32,000 bases of DNA from contig NZ_LN831024.1 in NCBI RefSeq assembly GCF_001457615.1, forward strand, positions 2,610,001 through 2,642,000, given 5' to 3'. Position 1 is the stretch's first letter. Each line of letters opens with the position of its first letter. This stretch comes from Pseudomonas aeruginosa (lineage in GTDB: Bacteria > Pseudomonadota > Gammaproteobacteria > Pseudomonadales > Pseudomonadaceae). The notes under the pieces are model-generated. The model searched no databases. It was given only the letters and a program-made list of their open reading frames with translations, and had not been told where the DNA came from. Shown piece after piece: positions 18,283-26,168 of this stretch. Made by a program: the position numbers and the translations under genes.

Positions 18283-18727
18283 GCAAACCCTGGCCCTGGT
18301 GGCGGCCCTGCTGCGCCGTGGCCGCGAGCTTGACCGGCTGTCCGCCGCACTGACCCTGCTGGCCATCGGGCTGGGCCTGTACCAGGCCGTGCAGGGCATC
18401 GGCTGGCGCTATTTCGCTGCGGCGATGCTGGCGATCGCCATGCTCGGCCTGTGGCAGAAGTACTGGGCGCTGCGAGTGGCCCTGGACGCCGAACTGTTCG
18501 AACGTTTCAGCCGCGTCGGCGACAGGCTGGAAGCGCAGACCCAAGACCTGGACCGGGCCCTGGCCGATCTCGGCCTGGCCCGAGCGGACGCCGCAGGGCG
18601 CACCTGGAACCAGCGCAGCCGCGGCGCCCTGCGCCTGCTACGCTGGCAGGCGCTGGCCTGTGGCGCCCAGTTCCTGCTGGCCTTGTCGTGCCTGTTGTCG
18701 ATCCCTCTATTCAACGCTCAAACCTGA
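18275..18727 (+). CDS. small membrane protein, unknown function (150 aa)
   Basis: ATG 18275 overlaps the upstream gene by 8 nt. It has three hydrophobic segments (LTLLAIGLGLY, FAAAMLAIAMLGLW, AQFLLALSCLLSIPLF) around a charged helical stretch. Codon bias is consistent with coding. Confidence 0.65.
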   Translation: MPEQTLALVAALLRRGRELDRLSAALTLLAIGLGLYQAVQGIGWRYFAAAMLAIAMLGLWQKYWALRVALDAELFERFSRVGDRLEAQTQDLDRALADLGLARADAAGRTWNQRSRGALRLLRWQALACGAQFLLALSCLLSIPLFNAQT

Positions 18728-18738
18728 AGAGTCTTCCC

Positions 18739-19368
18739 ATGCTCGAATCAGTCGTCGCCTATGGCATCATCGCCGGCGCCCGCGCCATCACCGGCTTGCG
18801 CAGCCTCTGGCTGGGCACCACGCCGATCCCCAAGCAACGCATCTATTACGCCAACCACAGCAGCCATGGCGACTTCGTCCTGCTCTGGGCCTCGCTGCCG
18901 CCGGAGGTGCGGCGGCGTACCCGGCCGGTGGCGGGCGCCGACTACTGGAACAAGGCCGGCCTGCGCAGCTACGTGATCAACAAGGTGTTCAACGGCGTGC
19001 TGGTCGACCGCCAGCGCAGCGAGGCCAATGCCAATCCGCTCGAACCCCTCGACCGCGCCCTGGACGGCGGCGATTCGCTGATCATCTTCCCCGAGGGCAC
19101 CCGCAACCTGGACGACGAGGTCAAGCTGTTGCCATTCAAGAGCGGTATCTACCACCTGTCCCTGGCCCACCCGGACGTCGAGCTGGTGCCGGTCTGGCTG
19201 GCCAACCTCAACCGGGTCATGCCCAAGGGCCGCATGCTGCCGTTGCCGCTGCTCTGCACCCTGAGCTTCGGCAAGCCGCTGGTCGCCACGGCGGAAGAAG
19301 GCAAGGAGGCGTTCCTCGAACGAGCGCGCATGGCCCTGCTGGACCTGGCGCCGGAAGAGGAGGCCTGA
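18739..19368 (+). CDS. PlsC-type (lyso)phospholipid acyltransferase
   Basis: ORF 18451..19368, trimmed to ATG 18739 (MLESVVAYGI...), 11 nt after the previous stop. It carries the H(X)4D block NHSSHGD and the FPEGTR block. Confidence 0.85.
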   Translation: MLESVVAYGIIAGARAITGLRSLWLGTTPIPKQRIYYANHSSHGDFVLLWASLPPEVRRRTRPVAGADYWNKAGLRSYVINKVFNGVLVDRQRSEANANPLEPLDRALDGGDSLIIFPEGTRNLDDEVKLLPFKSGIYHLSLAHPDVELVPVWLANLNRVMPKGRMLPLPLLCTLSFGKPLVATAEEGKEAFLERARMALLDLAPEEEA

Positions 19369-19369
19369 G

Positions 19370-20305
19370 ATGAACGAACAGACCTGGATGCTCTTCGGCG
19401 GGATCGGCGCGCTGCTGCTGCTCGCCTCGCTGGTCGGCTTCGTCCTCAAGTGGCGCGCCGGTCCCGGCCCGAACGCGGTGATCGACAACCTGAACGCACG
19501 GATCAACGCCTGGTGGGCGATGGTCCTGGTGATCGGTTTCGCCTTCTGGCTTGGCCAGGCGGCGGTGATCCTGCTGTTCTATGGCGTGTCGTTCTACGCC
19601 CTGCGCGAGTTCATCACCCTCACCCCGACCCGGCGCAGCGACTACCCGGCGCTGGTGGCGGCGTTCTACTTCGTGCTGCCGATGCAGTACCTGCTGATCT
19701 ACATCGACTGGTACAGCATGTTCTCGATCTTCATCCCGGTGTACGTGTTCCTGCTGTTGCCGATCCTCGCCTCGCTGGGCGGCGACACCAAGCACTTCCT
19801 CGAACGCGCCTCGAAAGTGCAGTGGGGCCTGATGCTGGCGGTGTTCTGTATCTCCTTCGTGCCGGCGCTGCTGACCCTCGACATCCCCGGCTTCGAGGGG
19901 CGCAACCTGCTGCTGATCGCCTACCTGGTGATCGTCGTGCAGCTCTCCGACGTGATGCAGTACATCTGCGGCAAGCTGTTCGGCAAGCGCAAGATCGCTC
20001 CCAACCTGTCGCCGTCGAAGACCGTCGAAGGCTTCGTCGGCGGCATCGCCCTGGCCACCGCCATCGGCGCCTCGCTGTGGTGGATCACCCCGTTCAACCT
20101 CTGGCAGGCGGCGCTGATCGCGCTGCTGATCAACCTGCTGGGCTTCTTCGGCGGCCTGGTGATGTCGGCGATCAAGCGCGACCGTGGGGTCAAGGACTGG
20201 GGGCACATGATCGAAGGCCACGGTGGCATGCTCGACCGCCTGGACTCGGTGTGCTTCGCCGCGCCGATCTTCTTCCACGTGGTGCGCTACTGGTGGACGC
20301 CCTGA
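19370..20305 (+). CDS. phosphatidate cytidylyltransferase (CDP-diglyceride synthase) paralogue, YnbB-like
   Basis: 311-aa polytopic ORF starting 1 nt after the acyltransferase stop. It carries the CdsA signature SAIKRDRGVKDWGHMIEGHGGMLDRLDS and SPSKTVEG. Confidence 0.9.
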   Translation: MNEQTWMLFGGIGALLLLASLVGFVLKWRAGPGPNAVIDNLNARINAWWAMVLVIGFAFWLGQAAVILLFYGVSFYALREFITLTPTRRSDYPALVAAFYFVLPMQYLLIYIDWYSMFSIFIPVYVFLLLPILASLGGDTKHFLERASKVQWGLMLAVFCISFVPALLTLDIPGFEGRNLLLIAYLVIVVQLSDVMQYICGKLFGKRKIAPNLSPSKTVEGFVGGIALATAIGASLWWITPFNLWQAALIALLINLLGFFGGLVMSAIKRDRGVKDWGHMIEGHGGMLDRLDSVCFAAPIFFHVVRYWWTP

Positions 20306-20329
20306 GGTTCGCCTGGCGCCGAGGGGAGC

Positions 20330-20367
20330 GGGGCGGTTGCCGATGGCGGCCGCCCCCTCGTCGTTTT
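20330..20367 (+). terminator. probable rho-independent terminator of the lipid operon
   Basis: GGGGCGG (20330-20336) pairs with CCGCCCC (20350-20356), with an inner GCC/GGC pairing. CTCGTCGTTTT follows (T run 20364-20367). Confidence 0.55.
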
Positions 20368-20410
20368 CCCGCCGTGTAGGCAGCCAGGAAATTGCGAGCG
20401 ATAGAGACCC

Positions 20411-20491
20411 GTAGGGCGGATACCACCACAGGCGGTATCCGCCGAAACCCCGGATAAGCGGCGGATAACCGCAAGCGGTGATTCGCCCTAC
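20411..20491. repeat. REP-like intergenic palindromic element
   Basis: Outer inverted ends are GTAGGGCG (20411-20418) and CGCCCTAC (20484-20491). An inner 10-bp hairpin pairs GGCGGATACC with GGTATCCGCC (20415-20443). Further CGGATAA motifs occur at 20451-20457 and 20462-20468. It lies between convergent genes. Confidence 0.6.
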
Positions 20492-20535
20492 AACCAGGCT
20501 CCGGCATACGGGGACGTGACCGCAGCTTCACTGTC

Positions 20536-21531
20536 TCAGAGATTGACCAGGCGCATGCCTTCCTCGCTATAGCGACTGCCGGCGACCGCCTCGGCGGGGA
20601 AGATCGCATCCAGCTCGGCCAGTTCCGCCGCGCTCAGGCGCAATTCCGTCGCGGCGACGTTCTCCTCCAGGTAGCGCCGCTGCTTGGTGCCGGGAATCGG
20701 GATCAGGTCATCGCCCTGCGCCAGCACCCAGGCCAGCGCCAGTTGCGAGGGTTTCACGCCCTTGGCCGCGGCCAGTTCGCCGACCTTGTCCACCAGCTTC
20801 AGGTTCTTCGCGAAGTTCTCGCCCTGGAAGCGCGGGCTGAAACGACGGTAGTCGTCGGCGGCGAAGTCTTCCGGGCGCTTCAGGGTGCCGGTAAGGAAAC
20901 CTCGGCCCAGCGGGCTGTAGGGGACGAAGGCGATGCCCAGGCGACGGCAGGCGGCGAGCACCCCGGTGTCCTCCGGATCGCGAGTCCACAGCGAGTACTC
21001 GCTCTGCAACGCGCTGATCGGGTGCACCCGGTGGGCACGCTCGAGGGTTTCCGCCGAGGCTTCGCTGAGACCGATGTGGCGGATCTTGCCGGCCTTCACC
21101 AGGTCGGCGAGGGCGCCGACGCTGTCCTCGATGGGTACCTGCGGGTCCATGCGGTGCTGATAGTACAGGTCCAGGCGGTCGGTACCGAGGCGCTTCAGGC
21201 TGCCTTCGATGGCGCGGCGGATGTACGCCGGGCTGCCGTCGACGCCGCGCGCCCGGGGATTGGCAGGGTCGCGGACGATGCCGAACTTGCTGGCCAGGAA
21301 CACCTGCTCGCGTTTGCCGCGCAGGGCCTCGCCGAGCAGTTCCTCGTTACTGTGCGGGCCGTACATGTCGGCGGTATCGAAGAAGTTCAGCCCGAGTTCC
21401 ACGGCGCGATGCAGGGTGGCGATGGCCTCCTGGCGGTCGCCGCCGGTGGTGTAGAAGTCGGTCATGCCCATGCAGCCGAGGCCGATGGCGGAGACGGATG
21501 GGCCGTTGTGGCCGAGTTGACGGGTTTTCAT
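20536..21531 (-). CDS. aldo-keto reductase (NADPH-dependent oxidoreductase)
   Basis: 331 aa. [35 protein letters not shown] and [16 protein letters not shown] are typical AKR blocks. Confidence 0.9.
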   Translation of the reverse strand: MKTRQLGHNGPSVSAIGLGCMGMTDFYTTGGDRQEAIATLHRAVELGLNFFDTADMYGPHSNEELLGEALRGKREQVFLASKFGIVRDPANPRARGVDGSPAYIRRAIEGSLKRLGTDRLDLYYQHRMDPQVPIEDSVGALADLVKAGKIRHIGLSEASAETLERAHRVHPISALQSEYSLWTRDPEDTGVLAACRRLGIAFVPYSPLGRGFLTGTLKRPEDFAADDYRRFSPRFQGENFAKNLKLVDKVGELAAAKGVKPSQLALAWVLAQGDDLIPIPGTKQRRYLEENVAATELRLSAAELAELDAIFPAEAVAGSRYSEEGMRLVNL

Positions 21532-21605
21532 GTGTCGAGCCTCGCGGGAGGGAAGGAAAACGTCGTCATTCTTCGCTCTGCATTGGTCTGGATAAAGCCC
21601 ATAAT

Positions 21606-21624
21606 TACGGTTTTACCATTCGTA
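21606..21624. promoter_or_regulatory. putative LysR box TACG-N11-CGTA
   Basis: TACG (21606-21609) and CGTA (21621-21624) are separated by 11 nt. The site is in the AT-rich divergent region between the AKR and LysR genes. Confidence 0.35.
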
Positions 21625-21649
21625 TTTTCCAAATAATCGAGGGTGTCCG

Positions 21650-22561
21650 ATGGATCGTTTCCAGGCCATGCAGGCCTTCACCCGCATCGTCGAGCTGGGC
21701 GCCTTCGGCAAGGCCGCGGACAGCCTGGAGCTGCCGCGCGCCAGCGTGACCCAGGCGATCCAGCAACTGGAGGCGCACCTTGGCGTGCAGTTGCTGCAGC
21801 GCACCACCCGCCAGGTCAGCCTGACCCTCGACGGGCAGGCCTACTACGAGCGTTGCGTGCGCCTGCTGGCGGACCTGGAGGAGGCGGAAAGCTGCTTTCC
21901 ACGCGTCCTGAACAACCCGCGCGGGCGCTTGCGGGTCGACCTGCCGGGCGCACTGGGGCGGATGCGGGTGATTCCGTTCCTGCCGGAGTTCTGCGAGCGC
22001 TACCCGGAACTGGAGCTGCAGTTGAGCAGCAACGATCGCCTGGTCGACCTGCTGCGCGAGGGCGCGGACTGCGTGCTGCGGGTCGGCGAGCTGCACGATT
22101 CCAGCCTGGTCGGCCGGCACCTGGCCGACCTGCCGCAGGTGACCTGCGCCAGCGCCGCCTACCTGGAGCGTCATGGCCATCCGCGGCAGCTCGCCGAGCT
22201 CGGCGGGCACCTCGCGGTGAACTACCAGTCGCCTTCCAGCGGGCGTACCTTCGACTTCGAGTTCAGCGTCGACGGGCGTCTGCGCACGTTGCCGATGCGC
22301 AGCCGGGTCAGCGTCAACAACGCCGATGCCTACGTCGCCGCCTGCCGGGCCGGGCTCGGGCTGATCCAGGCGCCGCACTATCACGTCGCCGCCGGTCTGG
22401 CCGACGGTAGCCTCCGACAAGTGCTCGGAGAATGGTTGCCGCCACCGCTGCCGCTGCATGCCGTGTATCCCTCGCAGCGCCAGTTGTCGCCGCGGGTGAG
22501 GGTGTTCGTCGACTGGCTGGTGGAACTGTTCGGTCGCCAGGCGGCCGGCGAGACGCAATGA
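21650..22561 (+). CDS. LysR-family transcriptional regulator
   Basis: 303 aa. MDRFQAMQAFTRIVELGAFGKAADSLELPRASVTQAIQQLEAHLG is the HTH, followed by a LysR effector domain. It is divergent from the AKR gene. Confidence 0.9.
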   Translation: MDRFQAMQAFTRIVELGAFGKAADSLELPRASVTQAIQQLEAHLGVQLLQRTTRQVSLTLDGQAYYERCVRLLADLEEAESCFPRVLNNPRGRLRVDLPGALGRMRVIPFLPEFCERYPELELQLSSNDRLVDLLREGADCVLRVGELHDSSLVGRHLADLPQVTCASAAYLERHGHPRQLAELGGHLAVNYQSPSSGRTFDFEFSVDGRLRTLPMRSRVSVNNADAYVAACRAGLGLIQAPHYHVAAGLADGSLRQVLGEWLPPPLPLHAVYPSQRQLSPRVRVFVDWLVELFGRQAAGETQ

Positions 22562-22716
22562 GACGCAGGCTTTCCGGGCGAAGATTTTTCTCGATTTCGC
22601 CGAGAGAACCTCGTTAGGATCGGCAGCCTTGGCCTGTCGAGCAGGGATGTTCGTCCGAGTTCCGGATGCCCGCTGCCGCCAGGCCGCATTCATTCGAACA
22701 AGAATAAGGATCGCTG

Positions 22717-24066
22717 ATGGAAAGCTTGCAGAAGTGGGTGGTCGACCTGAACGGCGTGGTCTGGGGGCCGTTGATGCTGGTGCTGATTCTCGGCACCGGC
22801 CTGTACCTGATGCTGGGGTTGAAGTTCATGCCCCTGGTGCGCCTGGGAGTCGGCTTTCGCCTGCTCTGGCAGGGGCGTAGCAAGGATGACGAGAGCAGCG
22901 GCGAGATCAGCCCGTTCCAGGCGCTGATGACCTGCCTGGCGGCCACCGTCGGTACCGGCAACATCGCCGGGGTGGCCACGGCGATCTTCCTCGGCGGCCC
23001 GGGCGCGCTGTTCTGGATGTGGTGCACCGCGCTGGTGGGAATGGCCACCAAGTTCTCCGAAGTGGTGCTGGCGGTGCACTACCGCGAGAAGGATGAGCGC
23101 AACGAACACGTCGGCGGTCCGATGTATGCCATCAAGAACGGTCTGGGCAAGCGCTGGGCCTGGCTCGGCGCGGCCTTCGCGCTGTTCGGCGGGCTCGCCG
23201 GCTTCGGTATCGGCAACATGGTCCAGGTCAACAGCATGGCCGATGCCCTGGAGGTTTCCTTCGGCGTGCCCGACTGGGTCACCGGGGTCGCCACCATGCT
23301 CGTCACCGGGCTGGTGATCCTTGGCGGCATCCGCCGTATCGGCAAGGTCGCCGAAGCCCTGGTGCCCTTCATGTGCGTCGGCTACATCGTCGCCTCGGTG
23401 ATCGTCCTGGTGGTCCATGCCGAGGCGATTCCCGGCGCGTTCCAACTGATCTTCACCCACGCCTTCACGCCGATCGCCGCCACCGGCGGCTTCGCCGGCG
23501 CAGCGGTGATGGCGGCAATCCGTTTCGGCGTCGCACGCGGGATCTTCTCCAACGAGGCCGGCCTCGGCACCGCCGGCATCGCCCAGGCCGCCGGCACGAC
23601 CCATAGCGCGGTGCGTTCGGGCCTGATCGGTATGCTCGGCACCTTCATCGATACCCTGATCATCTGCAGCCTGACCGGCCTGGCGATCATCACCTCGGGC
23701 GTCTGGACCAGCGGCGCCAGCGGCGCGGCGCTGTCCTCGGCGGCGTTCGAGGCGGCGATGCCGGGCGTCGGCCACTACATCCTGTCGCTGGCCCTGGTGG
23801 TGTTCGCCTATACCACCATCCTCGGCTGGAGCTACTACGGCGAGCGCTGCTGGGAGTACCTGGCGGGCACCCGGGCGATCCTGCCGTTCCGGATCGTCTG
23901 GACCCTGGCGATTCCGTTCGGCGCCATGACCCAGCTGGACTTCGCCTGGCTGGTGGCGGATACCCTCAACGCGCTGATGGCGATTCCCAACCTGATCGCC
24001 TTGCTGCTGCTGAGTCCGGTGGTGTTCCGCCTGACCCGGGAGTATTTCGCCAAGGCCAGGAGTTGA
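22717..24066 (+). CDS. alanine/glycine:cation (sodium:alanine) symporter, AGCS family
   Basis: 449 aa. SPFQALMTCLAATVGTGNIAGVATAI and GGPGALFWMW are the AGCS hallmark. The protein is polytopic. AAGGA lies 6 nt upstream of the ATG. Confidence 0.9.
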   Translation: MESLQKWVVDLNGVVWGPLMLVLILGTGLYLMLGLKFMPLVRLGVGFRLLWQGRSKDDESSGEISPFQALMTCLAATVGTGNIAGVATAIFLGGPGALFWMWCTALVGMATKFSEVVLAVHYREKDERNEHVGGPMYAIKNGLGKRWAWLGAAFALFGGLAGFGIGNMVQVNSMADALEVSFGVPDWVTGVATMLVTGLVILGGIRRIGKVAEALVPFMCVGYIVASVIVLVVHAEAIPGAFQLIFTHAFTPIAATGGFAGAAVMAAIRFGVARGIFSNEAGLGTAGIAQAAGTTHSAVRSGLIGMLGTFIDTLIICSLTGLAIITSGVWTSGASGAALSSAAFEAAMPGVGHYILSLALVVFAYTTILGWSYYGERCWEYLAGTRAILPFRIVWTLAIPFGAMTQLDFAWLVADTLNALMAIPNLIALLLLSPVVFRLTREYFAKARS

Positions 24067-24067
24067 G

Positions 24068-24102
24068 CCTCGGGGGACGGCGACGCTCAAACCCGAGGTT
24101 TT
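24068..24102 (+). terminator. probable terminator after the symporter gene
   Basis: CCTCGGG (24068-24074) pairs with CCCGAGG (24092-24098), followed by TTTT (24099-24102). The 17-nt loop makes it weaker than ideal. Confidence 0.45.
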
Positions 24103-24200
24103 CGCTCGGGTAAAGCGTGCTAGCATCGTCGCCGGCCCCGAATGCTTCCGCCGCCGGCCACAGGGCCGGCGGCTTCTCACTGACTAGAAGGATCAACGCA

Positions 24201-24698
24201 ATGGCTCAAGTGACTCTCAAGGGCAACCCGGTCAACGTCGATGGCCAGCTCCCGCAGAAAGGCGCCCAGGCTCCGGCCTTCAGCCTGGTCGGCGGCGACC
24301 TCGCCGACGTGACCCTGGAAAACTTCGCCGGCAAGCGCAAGGTGCTGAACATCTTCCCCAGCGTCGACACCCCGACCTGCGCCACCTCGGTGCGCAAGTT
24401 CAACGTCGAGGCCGGCAAGCTGGCCAACACCGTGGTGCTGTGCATCTCCGCCGACCTGCCGTTCGCGCAGAAGCGCTTCTGCGGCGCGGAAGGCCTGGAG
24501 AACGTAGTCAACCTGTCGACCCTGCGCGGTCGCGAGTTCCTCGAGAACTATGGCGTGGCCATCGCCAGCGGCCCGCTGGCCGGCCTGGCCGCGCGCGCCG
24601 TGGTGGTGCTCGACGAGCAGAACAAGGTGCTGCACAGCGAACTGGTCGGCGAAATCGCCGACGAGCCGAACTACGCGGCGGCCCTGGCGGCTCTCTGA
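24201..24698 (+). CDS. tpx: thiol peroxidase (atypical 2-Cys peroxiredoxin)
   Basis: ORF 24117..24698, trimmed to ATG 24201 ([11 protein letters not shown]...) with AGAAGGA upstream. The active site is [10 protein letters not shown] and the resolving Cys is in [14 protein letters not shown]. This gives 165 aa. Confidence 0.95.
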   Translation: MAQVTLKGNPVNVDGQLPQKGAQAPAFSLVGGDLADVTLENFAGKRKVLNIFPSVDTPTCATSVRKFNVEAGKLANTVVLCISADLPFAQKRFCGAEGLENVVNLSTLRGREFLENYGVAIASGPLAGLAARAVVVLDEQNKVLHSELVGEIADEPNYAAALAAL

Positions 24699-24796
24699 GC
24701 CCCACGGCCAACCCGCTTCGTCCCATGACTGTCAGCCAGGCTGGCTGGTAACGGGCGAACCCGAATCCCTTGGCTGCTCGCCTCGGGCCATGAGCA

Positions 24797-24845
24797 GGGC
24801 GGATAATCGCGGCGCGGTCATCCGCCCTGCGTCGCAGAGACGCAG
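24797..24845. repeat. tandem hairpins between convergent tpx and aminotransferase; the first is REP-like (GGGCGGAT...ATCCGCCC)
   Basis: GGGCGGAT (24797-24804) pairs with ATCCGCCC (24820-24827). CTGCGTC (24827-24833) pairs with GACGCAG (24839-24845). There is no T run. They probably act as terminators or RNA stabilisers. Confidence 0.5.
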
Positions 24846-24847
24846 CG

Positions 24848-25972
24848 CTAGCGCATGGCGACCTGGTGGCGCCGGCTGACGCTGGCGAAGGCGCTCCGGA
24901 ACGCCTGCATCTCTTCCTCGCTGCCTACCGTCACGCGGACCCAGTTGGGCCAGGAGGCCCACGGGCGGCCGACGTGCACCCGCTGTTTCTCCAGTTCGGC
25001 GATGACCAGCTCGGCGGGACGGCGCATATCCACCATGAAACAGTTGGACTGTGAGGCGGTGCAGCGGAAGCCCTGCTGGCGCAGCCAGGCGATGGTGCGC
25101 TCGCGGACCTCTGCGTTCTGCTGCTTGCGCCGTGGCACCAGGTCGTCGTCACGCAGGCTTTCCAGCCCGGCGTGGGCGGTTGGCGAGGGCACCACGTTGT
25201 GGCCGCCGAAGCGCTCCAGCCGCGCCAGCAGCTGCGGATGCCCGATGGCCAGGCCGAGCCGGGCGCCGGCCATCCCGTAGAGTTTCGAGAAGGTACGCAG
25301 GACCAGCACATCCTGGCGCTGGACGGCCAGGCCAACGACGCTGGGTGCGTCGGAAAAATGGATATACGCCTCGTCGACCAGCACCACGCTGCGCTCGGGC
25401 TTGCGTTCGATCGCCCTGACGATCCGCTCGTGCGGGGTGAGGGTGCCGGTCGGGTTGTTCGGGTTGCAGATATAGATCAGCCCGGCGTCGCGTTGCGCGG
25501 CGGCGAGCATGCGCTCGATGTCGTGGGCCGCCTCGGCGTCCAGCGGCACGGCAGCGACCTTCGCCCCTTGGGCCTGGGCGGCGCCAACCACGGAGTCGTA
25601 GGAGGGATCGGCGATGACCAGGCCGCGCTCCTTGCCGGTGAACGCCGCGACGGCGTATTGCAGCGGCTGGCGCGAGCCGCAGTAGGCGTGCACGCATTCG
25701 GCGGGGATGCCGTTCTGCTTGGCGAACAGGCCGACCAGGGCGTCCTGCGCGTCGTAGTCGTAGCGACCGCAGAGCGCGGCCGCCCGCTGCATGGCGGCCC
25801 TGGCCTTGGCGGAGGGGCCGTAGGGGCTTTCGTTGAAATCCAGGAAGGTCTCTTGCGGCTTGCCGGCGGCGCTTGTCGCGCCGCTCCCGGCGAAGGCTCG
25901 CGGGCTCAGCAGGATGCTGCTGGAGGCCAGGGCGGTCAGGGTCACGAACGAACGACGACTCAAAGCGGGCAT
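24848..25972 (-). CDS. PLP-dependent class I/II aminotransferase (HisC-like) with a twin-arginine signal peptide
   Basis: ORF 24848..26035, trimmed to ATG 25972, which has a strong SD GGAGGTG 6 nt upstream. The N-terminus is MPALSRRSFVTLTALASSSILLSPRAFA. Conserved blocks are NPNNPTG and TFSKLYGMAGARLG (PLP lysine). Confidence 0.85.
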   Translation of the reverse strand: MPALSRRSFVTLTALASSSILLSPRAFAGSGATSAAGKPQETFLDFNESPYGPSAKARAAMQRAAALCGRYDYDAQDALVGLFAKQNGIPAECVHAYCGSRQPLQYAVAAFTGKERGLVIADPSYDSVVGAAQAQGAKVAAVPLDAEAAHDIERMLAAAQRDAGLIYICNPNNPTGTLTPHERIVRAIERKPERSVVLVDEAYIHFSDAPSVVGLAVQRQDVLVLRTFSKLYGMAGARLGLAIGHPQLLARLERFGGHNVVPSPTAHAGLESLRDDDLVPRRKQQNAEVRERTIAWLRQQGFRCTASQSNCFMVDMRRPAELVIAELEKQRVHVGRPWASWPNWVRVTVGSEEEMQAFRSAFASVSRRHQVAMR

Positions 25973-26168
25973 AGCTTCACCTCCGTGTACCGAATGGGAT
26001 ATGCGTGCGGTGGGTTCCTCTCGGGCGTGTGTCACCAGAGTGGATAACGAGGAGGGAGTCGGTCCGTTTATGGTGGCGTGATAATGGCGCCGGAATATCG
26101 GCGGGGGATCTTCGGATTGCGCACCAGGCGCCCCCCGGCGGCTCGCCGCCCGGGAGCGCCGCGCGGGC

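Noticed and set aside
22562-22716. Glycine riboswitch or sigma54 promoter upstream of the alanine/glycine symporter
   Set aside because: No glycine-riboswitch core sequences are visible. The TGGCCT...GCA stretch has the wrong GG-to-GC spacing (8 nt instead of 10 nt) for an RpoN promoter.
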